From Mobula hypostoma (Eukaryota): a stretch of DNA of 64,000 nucleotides. Position 1 is the first letter of the stretch. Every line of letters begins with the position of its first letter. Below are positions 12,361 through 24,790 of this stretch, piece by piece. The notes below the pieces were generated by a model. That model was not told the origin of the DNA. It saw only the letters and a program-made list of their open reading frames with translations, and searched no databases. The position numbers and the translations under genes are program-made. Where the stretch lies: contig NC_086097.1 in assembly GCF_963921235.1 (NCBI RefSeq), forward strand, positions 152,770,001-152,834,000, written 5' to 3'.

Positions 12361-13587
12361 GTTGCCAATTTGCATACAGCAGATCTAACAATGCCAAGCA
12401 GAACGGAGGAGTAAATTGCCATTCAGGCTTTGTGAAACTCGAATTATCTCAACTTTTAAAATGAGGCCAAACATGGAAACCATGATAAAATTTCATTATT
12501 TTGGACCAATGTACTCTTCCGTTCCTCAAACAAATGACTTATGAAACAGTCAGGAGCCACCTGAAAAAAAAATCATAGGTATGAGCTACAAATATTTATT
12601 CATCAAACTTGACATCTAAAAGCACTCCCAGACCCCTGTATCACATGAAAAGAGGCATCTACTGCTATAGATAGGTTCTTATAATCTTCTTTTGGTAATC
12701 ATATGTTTATTGCAAAATGACAATGAATTTTTAAAAATGATATGCACACATGAACTTTAGAATAACACTTAATGTGCAATTTCAATTAATTCCAGGCCCA
12801 ACAAACAAGCATAATAACTGCAACTAGTCAATGCCTATTTTAACTTTCTCCGTAACACTATATTCTGCATTCTGCTTTTGCTTTATCCTTAATCTATTTA
12901 ATTTGGAATGATCTGTCTCGATAGCACACACACAAAGGTTGTTACTATATCTCAATACATGCAATAATAATAAACCAATTACCAGCTACTTTATTTAGCA
13001 CACATCCTGCATTAAGTCAATTGCTATCCTGAGATGCACTAACCATTATTCAAAGTTAAGAATAATGCTACATCGCTATTTTGATCTTTAAAAGTGAGAA
13101 ATCTCCTCCAAAATCTGCACAAATGGATGAATGGCTACTTGAATAAACCCTTCCTGATCATAATTCTAAAAACCTTTGGTGTAACTGTTTTATTTGCAGA
13201 GGATTGTTGACTTCAGAAGTTATATCTTATTCATAGAATCATTGAGTCATACAACATGGAAGCAGGTCATTCAGCCCACTATATCCATGCTGGCCAGTGG
13301 GTTCTCATCCCTTTTGATTCCATCTTCCAACACTTGGCCCATAATCTTCTACTATTGAATGATTCAACTGCTTGTCCAGAAACTTCTTTAATGCCATCCG
13401 CAGCTCTACCACCACTACTTCAGGCAGTGTATTCCAGGAACTCACCACTCCCAATATGAAAAAAATCCTCCAACAGATCCTGTCTGATTATCTCTAAATC
13501 TATGTCTTCTTCTTTTGTCTACATTTGATGCGGGGAAATGTTTCCTGCAGTCAATAAACCTCGTATTTTTACACATTTAGTCAATTT

Positions 13588-15221
13588 CACTGCCTCAAAT
13601 ACACCCAATGACCTGGCCTCCACAGCTGCATGTGGCAATAAGTTCCACAAATTCACCACCCTTTGGTGAAAGAAATTTCTCCGCATCTCTATTTTGAAAG
13701 GGCCCCCCTCTATCCTGAGGCTGTCCCCTCTTGTTTTAGACTCTTCCACCATGGGAAATATCATTTCAACATCCACATCTCTGTCTAGGCTTTTCAACAT
13801 TCAAAAGGTTTCAATTAGATTCCCCTCAATCTTCTGAATTCCAGTGAGTACTGACCCAGAGTCATCAAATGTTCCTCGTTTGACAACCCTTTCATTCCTG
13901 GAGTCATCCTTGTGAACCTCCTCTGGACCCTCTCCAATATGAGCACATCTTTTCTAAGATGAGGGGTCCAAAACTGTTCACAATACTCATGGTGAGGCCT
14001 CACCAGCGCTTTATAAAGCCTCAGCATCACATCCTTACTCTTGTATCCTAGACCTCCTGAAATGAATACCAACATGGCATTTGGCTTCCTCACCACCGAC
14101 TCAACCTGCAAGTTAACCTTCAGGGAGTTCTGCACAAGGGCTCCCAAGTCCCTCTGCATCTCAGATTCCTGGATTTTCTCTCCACTTAGAAAATAGTCCG
14201 CACATTTATTTCTACTACCAAAGTGCATGAGCATGTATTTTCAAACATTGTATTCAATTGCCATTTTCTTGCTCATTTTCCTAATCTGTCTAAGTTCTTC
14301 TGCATCCTACCTATTTCCTCAACACTACCTGCTCCTCCACCAATCTTCATATCATCTGCAAACTTGGCAACACAGCCATTTATTCCATCATCTAAATCAT
14401 TTATATACATCATAAAAAGAAGCGGTCCCAACACCGACCCCTGCGGAATACCACTAGTCGTTGGCAGCCAACCTGAAAAGGATCGTTTTATTCCCGCTTG
14501 CTGCCTCCTGCCAATCACCCAATGCTCTAACCATGTTGGTAACTTTCCTGTAATACCATGGGTTCTTAACTTGGTAAGCAGCCTCATATGCAGCACCTTG
14601 TCAAAGGCCTTCTGAAAGTCCAAATATACAACATCCACTACATCCCCTTTATCTATTCTACTTGTAATCTCTTCAAAGAATTCCAACAGGTTCATCAGGT
14701 AAGATTTTGCCTGAAGGAAACCATGCTGACTTTGTACTATCTTGTCCTGTGTTACCAAGAACTCCATCACCTCATCCTTAACAATTGACTCCAACATCTT
14801 CCCAACCACTGAGGTCAGGCTAACTGATCTGTAATTTCATTTCTGCTGTTTTTCTCCTTTCTTAAACAGTGGAGTAACATTTGTAATTTTACAGTCTGGC
14901 ACCATGCAGGAGTCCAATGATTTTTGAAAGATCATTTCTAATTCCACCACAATCTCTAATGCTACCTCTTTCAGAACCCTAAGGTACAGTTCATCTAGTC
15001 CAGGTGACTTATGTCTTTTAGCTTTTTGAGCACCTTCTCTCTTGTCACAGAGACTGCACCCACTTCTCTTTCTTCACACACTACAACATCAGTCAAACTG
15101 CTAGTGTCTTCCACAGTGAAGAGATGCAAAATACTCATTTAATTCAGCAGCCATTTCCTTGTCCCCTGTTATTATTTCTCCTGTCTCATTTTCTAGCAGT
15201 CCTATATCCACTCTCACTTTA
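13588..15221 (-). mobile_element. CR1 LINE RT fragment
   Basis: ORFs 14273-14809 (QSQHGF, YLDFQKAFDKV, PQGSVLGP, FADD), 13815-14234, 13519-13800. Confidence 0.95.
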
Positions 15222-15299
15222 ACTGCAGACTCAGCCTTGACTGGAGGTAAGGCAAACCTTTGCTTCCGGTCAAAATACCAAGGCATTCCAGACCTCACC

Positions 15300-18155
15300 T
15301 GAATCAGAATCACAATCAGGTTTATTATCACTATGTCAGGAAATTTGTTGTTTTGCAGCAACTGTACAGTGTTATACATAAAAATTACAAAATGTTAAAA
15401 AGTTACAGTAATATATATTTTTAAAAAAGAGCAAAATAGTGATGTAGTGTTCATAGGTTCATAAATCTGGACAAGAAAAAGTTTTTCCTAAAAGATTTAG
15501 TGGGCATTATCAGGCTCCTTTACTCCTCCCTGATGGTAGCAATTTGAAGAGGGGATGTCCTGAATGGTGAAGCTCCTTATGATGGATCTTCTTGAGGCAC
15601 CGGCTTTGAAGATGTCCTCAATAGTTGGAAAACTAGTTCCCATGATTGAGTTGGCTGAGTTTACAACCCTCTACAACTATTTTTTATCCTTTGCATTGGA
15701 CCCTCCAGATCAGGCAGTGATCCAACCAGACAGAATGCTCTGCATGGTGTATCTATAGAAATTTGCTAGAGCTTTTGGTGGCACAACAAATCTCCTTAAT
15801 CACCTAATGAATGAAGTAAAGCCGATGGCATGCCTTCTTCGTAATTGCATCAATATGTTAGGCTCACGATAGAGCTAGGAGCTTGAAGCTAGCTGCTCAT
15901 TATTTCCATTGCTGACCCCTCAATAGATATTGGTCTATGCTTTCCCAATTTCTCCTTCCTGAAGTCCATGATCATTTACTTAGTCTTACTGATGTTGAAT
16001 GTAAGATTATGTTGTAACATAGAAACATAGAAACATAGAAAATAGGTGCAGGAGTAGGCCATTCGGCCCTTCGAGCCTGCACCGCCATTTATTATGATCA
16101 TGGCTGATCATCCAACTCAGAACCCCACCCCAGCCTTCCCTCCATACCCCCTGACCCCCGTAGCCACAAGGGCCATATCTAACTCCCTCTTAAATATAGC
16201 CAATGAACTGGCCTCAACTGTTTCCTGTGGCAGAGAATTCCACAGATTCACCACTCTCTGCGTGAAGTTTTTCCTCATCTCGGTCCTAAAAGGCTTCCCC
16301 TCTATCCTCAAACTGTGGCCCCCCGTTCTGGACTTCCCCAACATCGGGAACAATCTTCCTGCATTTAGCCTGTCCAATCCCTTTAGGATTTTATACGTTT
16401 CATTCAGATCCCCCCTCAATCTTCTAAATTCCAACGAGTACAAGCCCAGTTCATCCAGTCTTTCTTCATATGAAAGTCCTGCCATCCCAGGAATCAATCT
16501 GGTGAACCTTCTTTGTACTCCCTCTATGGCAAGGATGTCTTTCCTCAGATTAGGGGACCAAAACTGCACACAATACTCCAGTGTGGTCTCACCAAGGCCT
16601 TGTACAACTGCAGTAGTACCTCCCTACTCCTGTACTCGAATCCTCTCACTATAAATGCCAGCATACCATTCGCCTTTTTCACCGCCTGCTGTACCTGCAT
16701 GCCCACTTTCAATGACTGGTGTATAATGACACCCAGGTCTCGTTGCACCTCCCCTTTTCCTAATCGGCCACCATTCAGATAATAATCTGTTTTCCTATTT
16801 TTGCCACCAAAGTGGATAACTTCACATTTATCCACATTAAATTGCATCTGCCATGAATTTTCCCACTCACCCAACCTATCCAAGTCACCCTGCATCCTCT
16901 TAGCATCCTCCTCACAGCTAACACTGCCACCCAGCTTCGTGTCATCCGCAAACTTGGAGATGCTGCATTCAATTCCCTCATCCAAGTCATTAATATATAT
17001 TGTAAACAACTGGGGTCCCAGCACTGAGCCTTGCGGTACCCCACTAGTCACCGCCTGCCATTCTGAAAAGGTCCCGTTTATTCCCACTCTTTGCTTCCTG
17101 TCTGCTAACCAATTCTACACCCACACCAATACCTTACCCCCAATACCGTGTGCTTTTAGTTTGCACACTAATCTCCTGTGTGGGACCTTGTCAAAAGCCT
17201 TTTGAAAATCCAAATATTCCACATCCACTGGTTCTCCCCTATCCACTCTACTAGTTACATCCTCAAAAAATTCTATGAGATTCGTCAGACATGATTTTCC
17301 TTTCACAAATCCATGCTGACTTTGTCCGATGATTTCACCGCTTTCCAAATGTGCTGTTATCACATCCTTGATAACTGACTCCAGCAGTTTCCCCACCACT
17401 GACGTTAGGCTAACCGGTCTATAATTCCCCGGTTTCTCTCTCCCTCCTTTTTTAAAAAGTGGGGTTACATTAGCCACCCTCCAATCCTCAGGAACTGGTC
17501 CAGAATCTAACGAGTTTTGAAAAATTAACACTAATGCATCCACTATTTCTTGGGCTACTTCCTTAAGCACTCTGGGATGCAGACCATCTGGCCCTGGGGA
17601 TTTATCTGCCTTCAATCCCTTCAATTTACCTAACACCACTTCCCTACTAACATGTATTTCACTCAGTTCCTCCATCTCACTGGACCCTCTGTCCCCTACT
17701 ATTTCTGGAAGATTATTTATGTCCTCCTTAGTGAAGACAGAACCAAAGTAATTATTCAATTGGTCTGCCATGTCCTTGCTCCCCATAATCAATTCACCTG
17801 TTTCTGTCTGCAGGGGACCTACGTTACCAGTCTTTTCCTTTTTACATATCTATAAAAGCTTTTACAGTCCGTTTTTATGTTCCCTGCCGGTTTTCTCTCA
17901 TAATCTTTTTTCCCCTTCCTAATTAAGCTCTTTGTCCTCCTCTGCTGAACTGTGACAGCACTCAACCAGCCAATTTGCCTCACAGGTACATCTCCTCATC
18001 ACCTTCACACCAACAACAGCTCTGTCACCAGTGAATTTAGAGATAGCGTTTGAGGTCTGCCTAGCCACACAGTCCATGGGTGTAGAGAGAGTACAGCAGC
18101 GTTAAGCACACATCGTTGAGAAGCCTCTGTGTTGATTGTCAGCAAGGAGATGTTC
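15300..18155 (-). mobile_element. Rex1/Babar/L2-type LINE remnant split by a CR1 insertion (15300-16017 and 17952-18155)
   Basis: Tail gaatcagaatcacaatcaggtttatt at 15301; RT-thumb-like sequence up to 16017 resumes at 17952; tgtaaca/tgtgaca flank the CR1. Confidence 0.7.
16017..17951 (-). mobile_element. CR1 LINE, 5'-truncated, young subfamily
   Basis: ORFs 17115-17792, 16545-17087, 16117-16569 carry the complete RT motifs; (agaaacat)n tail at 16017-16040; very similar to the copy at 24791-27861. Confidence 0.97.
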
Positions 18156-18181
18156 AAAGGCTCACTTATTATCAAGGTATG

Positions 18182-18490
18182 TACGAGGGGTGATTGATAA
18201 GTTTGTGGCCTAAGGTAGAGAGAATCAATTTTAGAAAACCTAGCACATTTATTTTTCCTACATTTACACACTTAGTCCAGTGGTCTTGGAGCATATGGAT
18301 CCCTTCTTTGTAGAAGTGGTTCACAGCAGGGGTGATTGATAAGTTCATGGCCTAAGGTAGAAGGAGATGAGTTATTAACTTCAAACTTTCTGCATTTTCA
18401 CTCATAGAGTTGAACTGCATGTGCATCTTATTCTACCTAAGGTTACAAACTTATCAATCACCCCTGCTGTGGACCACCTGGAGGTCCAAG
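18182..18490. mobile_element. Tc1/mariner-type MITE remnant with three TIR-like copies
   Basis: TA-CGAGGGGTGATTGATAAGTT at 18182; direct copy 18317-18362; inverted copy 18431-18476. Confidence 0.7.
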
Positions 18491-18494
18491 ACAC

Positions 18495-18664
18495 TCACAC
18501 TGTCTTCTATCATTTTGGATCTCCCCCTCCCCCTCCCACTTTCAAATCTCTTACTAGCCCTTCTTTCAGTTAGTCCTGATGAAGGGTCTCAGCCCGAAAC
18601 ATCGACTGTACCTCTTACTAGAGATGCTGCCTGGCCTGCTGCGTTCACCAGCAACTTTGATGTC
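18495..18664 (+). mobile_element. Penelope-like pseudo-LTR (solo)
   Basis: Closely matches 52835-52995, which directly follows a GIY-YIG ORF. Confidence 0.85.
18571..18608 (+). ncRNA. Minimal type I hammerhead ribozyme motif
   Basis: tagtc-CTGATGA-a-ggg tctcag ccc-GAAA-ca-TC-gactg: helix I tagtc/gactg, helix II ggg/ccc, conserved core; helix III AC(A)T is probably CpG-decayed ACGT. Confidence 0.75.
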
Positions 18665-18779
18665 TTTTTTACCCACCTAGGAGAGGAGATCCTATAGTAT
18701 TATTCAAAGTAGAACTGTGAAGTTATCAATAGTTCCTTGAAAAACGTATGTCTCTTAACTAATGCCAATATAATTTCAA

Positions 18780-19300
18780 CCAACAAATAATCTGCTGGAG
18801 GTACTCTGTAGGTCAGGCAGCAAAAGTCAATGGAAAAGAATTGTTGGCATTTCAGGTCTAAGTCCTGCATCAGGACTGAGAGTGGAGAAGTGAAGCCAGT
18901 ATAAAGAGCAGAAGAGGAGTGGCTAAAAAGGATTCTGAGGAGACTGGAGGACTGAGGAGGGTTGTAACATTGCAGGCAGGTTGTGAAGTTTCAAAGAGGT
19001 GAGCAGGGATGGAGTTGGATGAAAATCCAAGTTGAATGACAGATCAGGTCAGACAAAGAGTGAGAGAAAAGGGAGGAAAATAAACAGGTGGATCAAAGTG
19101 AGGGAGGGACATGTGAAGACAGGAGAATTAGTGGGCTGGAAGTTGTGAGTGATGGAACCAGAAGGGGGAAGAGGACAAAATGCATGAAAGGAGCTGGGGA
19201 ATAATGTGGGAAAGGGAACAAAAAACTGAAAGGACCAGAGGAGGACTAGAAGTGTGAAAGGTGAAATGCTTAAGAGGAAAATGGGGGGGGGGGTGTCGCG
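18780..19300 (-). mobile_element. Degenerate Penelope-like pseudo-LTR / 3' region
   Basis: Minus strand ctcagtcctgatgcaggacttagacctgaaatg preceded by a pyrimidine-rich UTR; similar to 35775-36280. Confidence 0.6.
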
Positions 19301-20058
19301 TTTCACTCAGCGGGTCATGTGAGTGTGAAATGAGCTGCCAGCACAAATGGTGCATGTGAACTCAGTCTGAATGTCTAAGAGAAGTTTGGATAGGTACATG
19401 GATAGGAGGAGTATGGAGGGGTATGGTCCACGTGCAGGTTGATGGGACTAGGCAGTTTAATTGGTTTGGCATGGACTATATGGACTGAATGGCTATGACT
19501 GTATGAGGATTGGCAATAAAATGTTACTTATTTAGTCGCTGCCACAATTCTATTCAACTTCCTCAAATTGGCTGTCACAATGCATCACTGATTTTACTTC
19601 AGACATAGTTGCCAAAAGTGACATTTGGTAAGTTCTGGAATGGTAAAAAGTGTGTATCAATATAATTTCTTTTTAAATCTTTACCTTCAATTGGGTACTT
19701 ACTAGTGTGACCTCTATGGTCACCAAGCATTGTTCCAAATAATAGTTGGTACCATTGTTTTCGCGAACATCGAATTGGATTAATTCTGGTTTAGTCTCAG
19801 TTATGACCCGGGGCCAAAATCAAGATGTCGTAGGACTTTTTCCATTTGATAGAAATTGGTGTTAGGCTGCTTGTTTTGTGTAACAGGCAGTATAGATGAC
19901 TAGTGTAAATGCTTATAATGGTACATATGTACATACTCATATGGATGTTAAACTTTGGAAGACCTGACAATTATATGCACTTAGGAAATACCAGTGATTG
20001 ATCTAATTTAGTTGGTTTTCTCATCGTCCATTTTATAATATAACCCAACAAACATATA

Positions 20059-23000
20059 TAGAATATAGAACATAGAATAGTACAGCACAGTACAGGCCCT
20101 TCGGCCCACAATGTTGTGCCAACCCTCAAACCCTGCCTCCCATATAAGCCCCCACCTTAGATTCCTCCATATACCTGTCTAGTAGTCTCTTAAACTTCAC
20201 TGGTGTATCTGCCTCCACCACTGACTCAGGCAGTGCATTCCACGCACCAACCACTCTCTGAGTAAAAAACCTTCCTCTAATATCCCCCTTGAACTTCCCA
20301 CCCCTTATCTTAAAGCCATGTCCTCTTGTATTGAGCAGTGGTGCCCTGGGGAAGAGGCGCTGGCTATCCACTCTATCTATTCCTCTTATTATCTTGTACA
20401 CCTCTATGATGTCTCCTCTCATCCTCCTTCTTTCCAAAGAGTAAAGTCCTAGCTCCCTTAATCTCTTATCATAACGCATACTTTCTAAACCAGGCAGCAT
20501 CCTGGTAATTCTCCTCTGTACCCTTTCCAATGCTTCCACATCCTTCCTATAGTGAGGTGACCAGAACTGGACACAATACTACAAGTGTGGCCTAACCAGA
20601 GTTTTATAGAGCTGCATCATTACATCGCGACTCTTAAACTCTACCCTCGACTTATGAAAGCTAACACCCCATAAGCTTTCTTAACTATCCTATCCACCTG
20701 TGAGGCAACTTTCAGGGTTCTATGGACATGTACCCCAAGATCCCTCTGCTCCTCCACACTACCAAGTATCCTGCCATTTACTTTGTACTCTGCCTTGGAG
20801 TTTGTCCTTCCAAAGTGTACCGCCTCACACTTCTCTGGGTTGAATTCCATCTGCCACTTCTCAGCCCACTTCTGCATCCTATCAATGTCTCTCTGCAATC
20901 TTTGACAATCCTCTACACTATCTACAACACCACTAACCTTTGTGTCATCTGCAAACTTGCCAACCCACCCTTCTACCCCCACATCCAGGTCGTTAATAAA
21001 AATCACGAAAAGTAGAGGTCCCAGAACAGATCCTTGTGGGACACCACTAGTCACAATCCTCCAATCTGAATGTACTCCCTCCACCACCACCCTCTGCCTT
21101 CTGCAGGCAAGCCAATTCTGAATCCACCTGGCCAAATTTCCCTGGATCCCATGCCTTCTAACTTTCTGAACAAGCCTACCATGTGGAATCTTGTCAAATG
21201 CCTTACTAAAATCCATATAGAGCACATCCACTGCACTACCCTCATCTATATGCCTGGTCATCTCCTCAAAGAACTCTATCAGGCTTGTTAGACATGATCT
21301 GCCCTTCACAAAGCCATGTTGACTGTCCCTGATCAGACCATGATTCTCTAAATGCCCATAGATCCTATCTCTAAGAATCTTTTCCAACAGCTTTCCCACC
21401 ACAGATGTAAGGCTCACTGGTCTATAATTACCTGGACTATCCCTACTACCTTATTTGAACAAGGGAACAACATTTGCCTCTCTCCAATCCTCCGGTACCA
21501 TTCCCGTGGACAACGAGGACATAAAGATCCTAGCCAGAGGCTCAGCAATCTCTTCTCTCGCCTCATGGAGCAGCCTGGGGAATATTCCGTCAGGCCCCGG
21601 GGACTTATCTGTCCTAATGTATTTTAACAACTCCAACACCTCCTCTCCCTTAATATCAGCATGCTCCAGAACATCAACCTCATTCATATTGTCCTCACCA
21701 TCATCAAGTTCCCTCTCATTGGTGAATACCGAAGAGAAGTATTCATTGAGGACCTCGCTCACTTCCACAGCCTCCAGGCACATCTTCCCACCTTTATCTC
21801 TAATGGGTCCTACCTTCACTCCTGTCATCCTTTTTTTCTTCACATAATTGAAGAATGCCTTGGGGTTTTCCTTTACCCTACTCGCCAAGGCCTTCTCATG
21901 CCCCCTTCTTGCTCTTCTCAGCCCCTTCTTAAGCTCCTTTCTTGCTTCCCTACATTCCTCAATAGACCCAGCTGATCCTTGCTTCCTAAACCTCATGTAT
22001 GCTGCCTTCTTCCTCCTGACTAGATTTTCCACCTCACTTGTCACCCATGGTTCCTTCACCCTACCATTCTTTGTCTTCCTCACCGGAACAAATTTATCCC
22101 TTACATCCCGCAAGAGATCTCTGAACATTGACCACATGTCCATAGTACATTTCCCTGCAAAAACATCATCCCAATTCACACCCGCAAGTTCTAGCCTTAT
22201 AGCCTCATAATTTGCCTGTCCCCAATTAAAAATTTTCCTGTCCTCTTTGATTCTATCCTTTTCCATGATAATTATAAAGGCCAGGGAGCAGTGGTCACTG
22301 TCCCCCAGGTGCTCACCCACTGAGAGATCTGTGACCTGACCTTGTTCATTACCTAGTACTAGATCTAGTATGGCATTCCCCCTGGTAGGCCTGTCCACAT
22401 ACTGTGACAGGAATCCATCCTGGACACACTTAATAAATTCTGCCCCATCTAAACCCTTGGAACTAATCAGGTGCCAATCAATATTAGAGAAGTTAAACTC
22501 ACCCATGATAACAACCCTGTTATTTTTGCACCTTTCCAAAATCTGCCTCCCAGTCTGCCCCTCTGTATCTCTGCTGCTACCAGGGGACCTATAGAATACC
22601 CCTAGTAGAGTAACTGCTCCCTTCCTGTTCCTGACTTCCACCCATATTGACTCAAAAGAGGATTCTGCTACATTACCCACCCTTTCTGTAGCTGTAATAG
22701 TATCCCTGACCAGTAATGCCACCCCTCCTCCCCTTTTTCCGCCCTCTCTATCCCTTTTAAAGCACTGAAATCCAGGAATATTGAGAATCCATTCCTGCCC
22801 TGGTGCCAGCCAGGTCTCTGTAATAGCCACTACATTATAATTCCATGTATGTATCTGAGCTCTCAGTTCATTACCTTTGTTCCTGATGCTTCTTGCATTG
22901 AGGTACACACATTTCAGCCCTTCTACCTTACTGTCTTTACACTGTTTATTCTGCTTCTCTTTCCTCAAAGCCTCTCTGTATGTTAGATCTGGCTTTACTC

Positions 23001-23621
23001 CATGCACTTCTTCCACTGCTCTATCGCTCTGGGTCTCATCCCCCTCGCAAATTAGTTTAAACCCTCCCAAACCATGCTAGCAAACCTACCTGCAAGGATA
23101 TTGCTCCCCCTCGAGTTCAGGTGCAACCCATCCAATCTGTACAGGTCCCACTTTCCCCAGAAGAGATCCCAATGAACTAAAAATCTAAAACCCTGCTCCC
23201 TGCACCAACTCCTCAGCTACGCATTCAACTGCCATCTCCTCCAATTCTTACCATCTCTGTCACGTAGCACTGGCAGCAATCCTGAGAACGTCACCCTTGA
23301 GGTCCTGTTCTTCAGCCTTCTGCCTAATTCCCGAAACTCACACTTCAGGACCTCATCCCTCTTCCTGCCTATGTTGTTGGTCCCAACATGTATCACGACT
23401 TCTGGTAGCTTTCCCTCTCGTACCAGGATGTCGTGCAACCAGTCAGAGACATCCCGGACCCTGGCACCCGAGAGGCAACAAACAATGCGGGTGTCCTTCT
23501 CACATCCACAAAATCTCCTGTCTGCTCTCCTGACTATAGAGTCTCCAATGACGACAGTTCTCCTCTTCTCCGTCCCACCCTTCTGCACCACAGGGTCAGA
23601 CTCAGTGCCGGAGACCCTGCC
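20059..23621 (-). mobile_element. CR1 LINE with near-intact ORF2 (APE + RT) and 3' part of ORF1 (esterase)
   Basis: 539-aa ORF (YLNARSI, ITETWL, GGGVAL, GEFN, LDLVL, SDH) in frame with 258-aa RT ORF across a single TAA; ORF1 fragment VVIGDSIVR, IHVGTN; (atagaa) tail at 20059. Confidence 0.98.
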
Positions 23622-24117
23622 ACATATGAATTGTTAAATGTTAAACTGAAAAATAAAACTGTTTTATTGAAGCAGGAAAGTCTTATTTATGACAGAAAAG
23701 TCTAGTGCCTTTAACCCTGGGCTGAATCCAGTCTGAGGCACAATGTAAAACAGAGTTTAATGACAGCATTGAAAATATTCCATTTTTCAAGACTGACATG
23801 CTTTAGGAAAATTGCAGCAACACCCACAAAATGCTGGAGGAAGTCAAGAACAGGAAAATTGTGATAACATTGATTATTGGAAAGTTGTTACAGCATTTGA
23901 GAGGGTGCAGAGGAGATGCATCAGGATATTACTCAGGAAGGAAATAAGGAGAGAGACAGGTGAGGCTAGGTCTGTTTAACCTGGAGCAAAATAAGTTAAG
24001 CAGGGACCCAATTGAAATGTATAAAAGTGTGAGGGATTCCCAATGGATGGTATGGATACGGTGGGCCAAATAGATTTTCTCTATGGTCAATGACATCAAT
24101 TTAAATGATAAGAAGAA

Positions 24118-24707
24118 GAGGCATCACAACCTGGTATGGAAACACCTGTGCCCTTGAATGGAAATTGCTACAAAAAGCAGGGGATACAGCCCACTCCACC
24201 ATGGGTAACACCATCCCCAGCACTGAGCACATCTACACTGAGTGTTGTTATGGGAAAGCAGCATTGATCATCAGGGACCCCACCAGCCAGCTGATGATCT
24301 TTTCTTAATACTTCCTTCAGGAAGAAGGTACATGAGCCTAAGGACTTACACCACCAAGTTCAGAAACAGTTATTACCCCTCAGCCATCAGGCTCCTGAAC
24401 CAGAGGAGATAACTTCACTCAACTTCACTTGTCCCATCACTGAACTGTTCCAATAACCTATGGACTTACTTTCAAGGTTTCTTCATCTATTGCTTTCTAT
24501 ATTTATTGCTTACTTATTTACTATTCTATTTTTTTTTCTTTTGTTACTTGCACAGATGGTTGTCCTTTGCACACTGGTTACCTGCCCTCTTGGTGCGGTC
24601 TTTCATTAACTCTAATATGCTTATTGTTTTTTTAAGTACGCCCACAAGAAAATGAATCTCAGGTTGTATATGTATTTCGATAATGAATTTACTTTGAACT
24701 TTGAACT
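24118..24707 (+). mobile_element. Rex1/Babar/L2-type LINE 3' fragment
   Basis: GITTWYGN..LQK..TAHS..IPSTEHIY; ccttcaggaagaaggtac; tail aatttactttgaactttgaac. Confidence 0.8.
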
Positions 24708-24790
24708 TGGAATAATGTGGTGAGCAAGTATTTGAGGAGGAGATTGAGAAAACATTAAGAAAATTGCCCAGGAAAATATAAGTTTCAGGG

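Noticed and set aside
21451..23070. 539-aa ORF as a host nuclease gene
   Set aside because: It is the APE domain and linker of a CR1 ORF2, contiguous with RT and the LINE tail.
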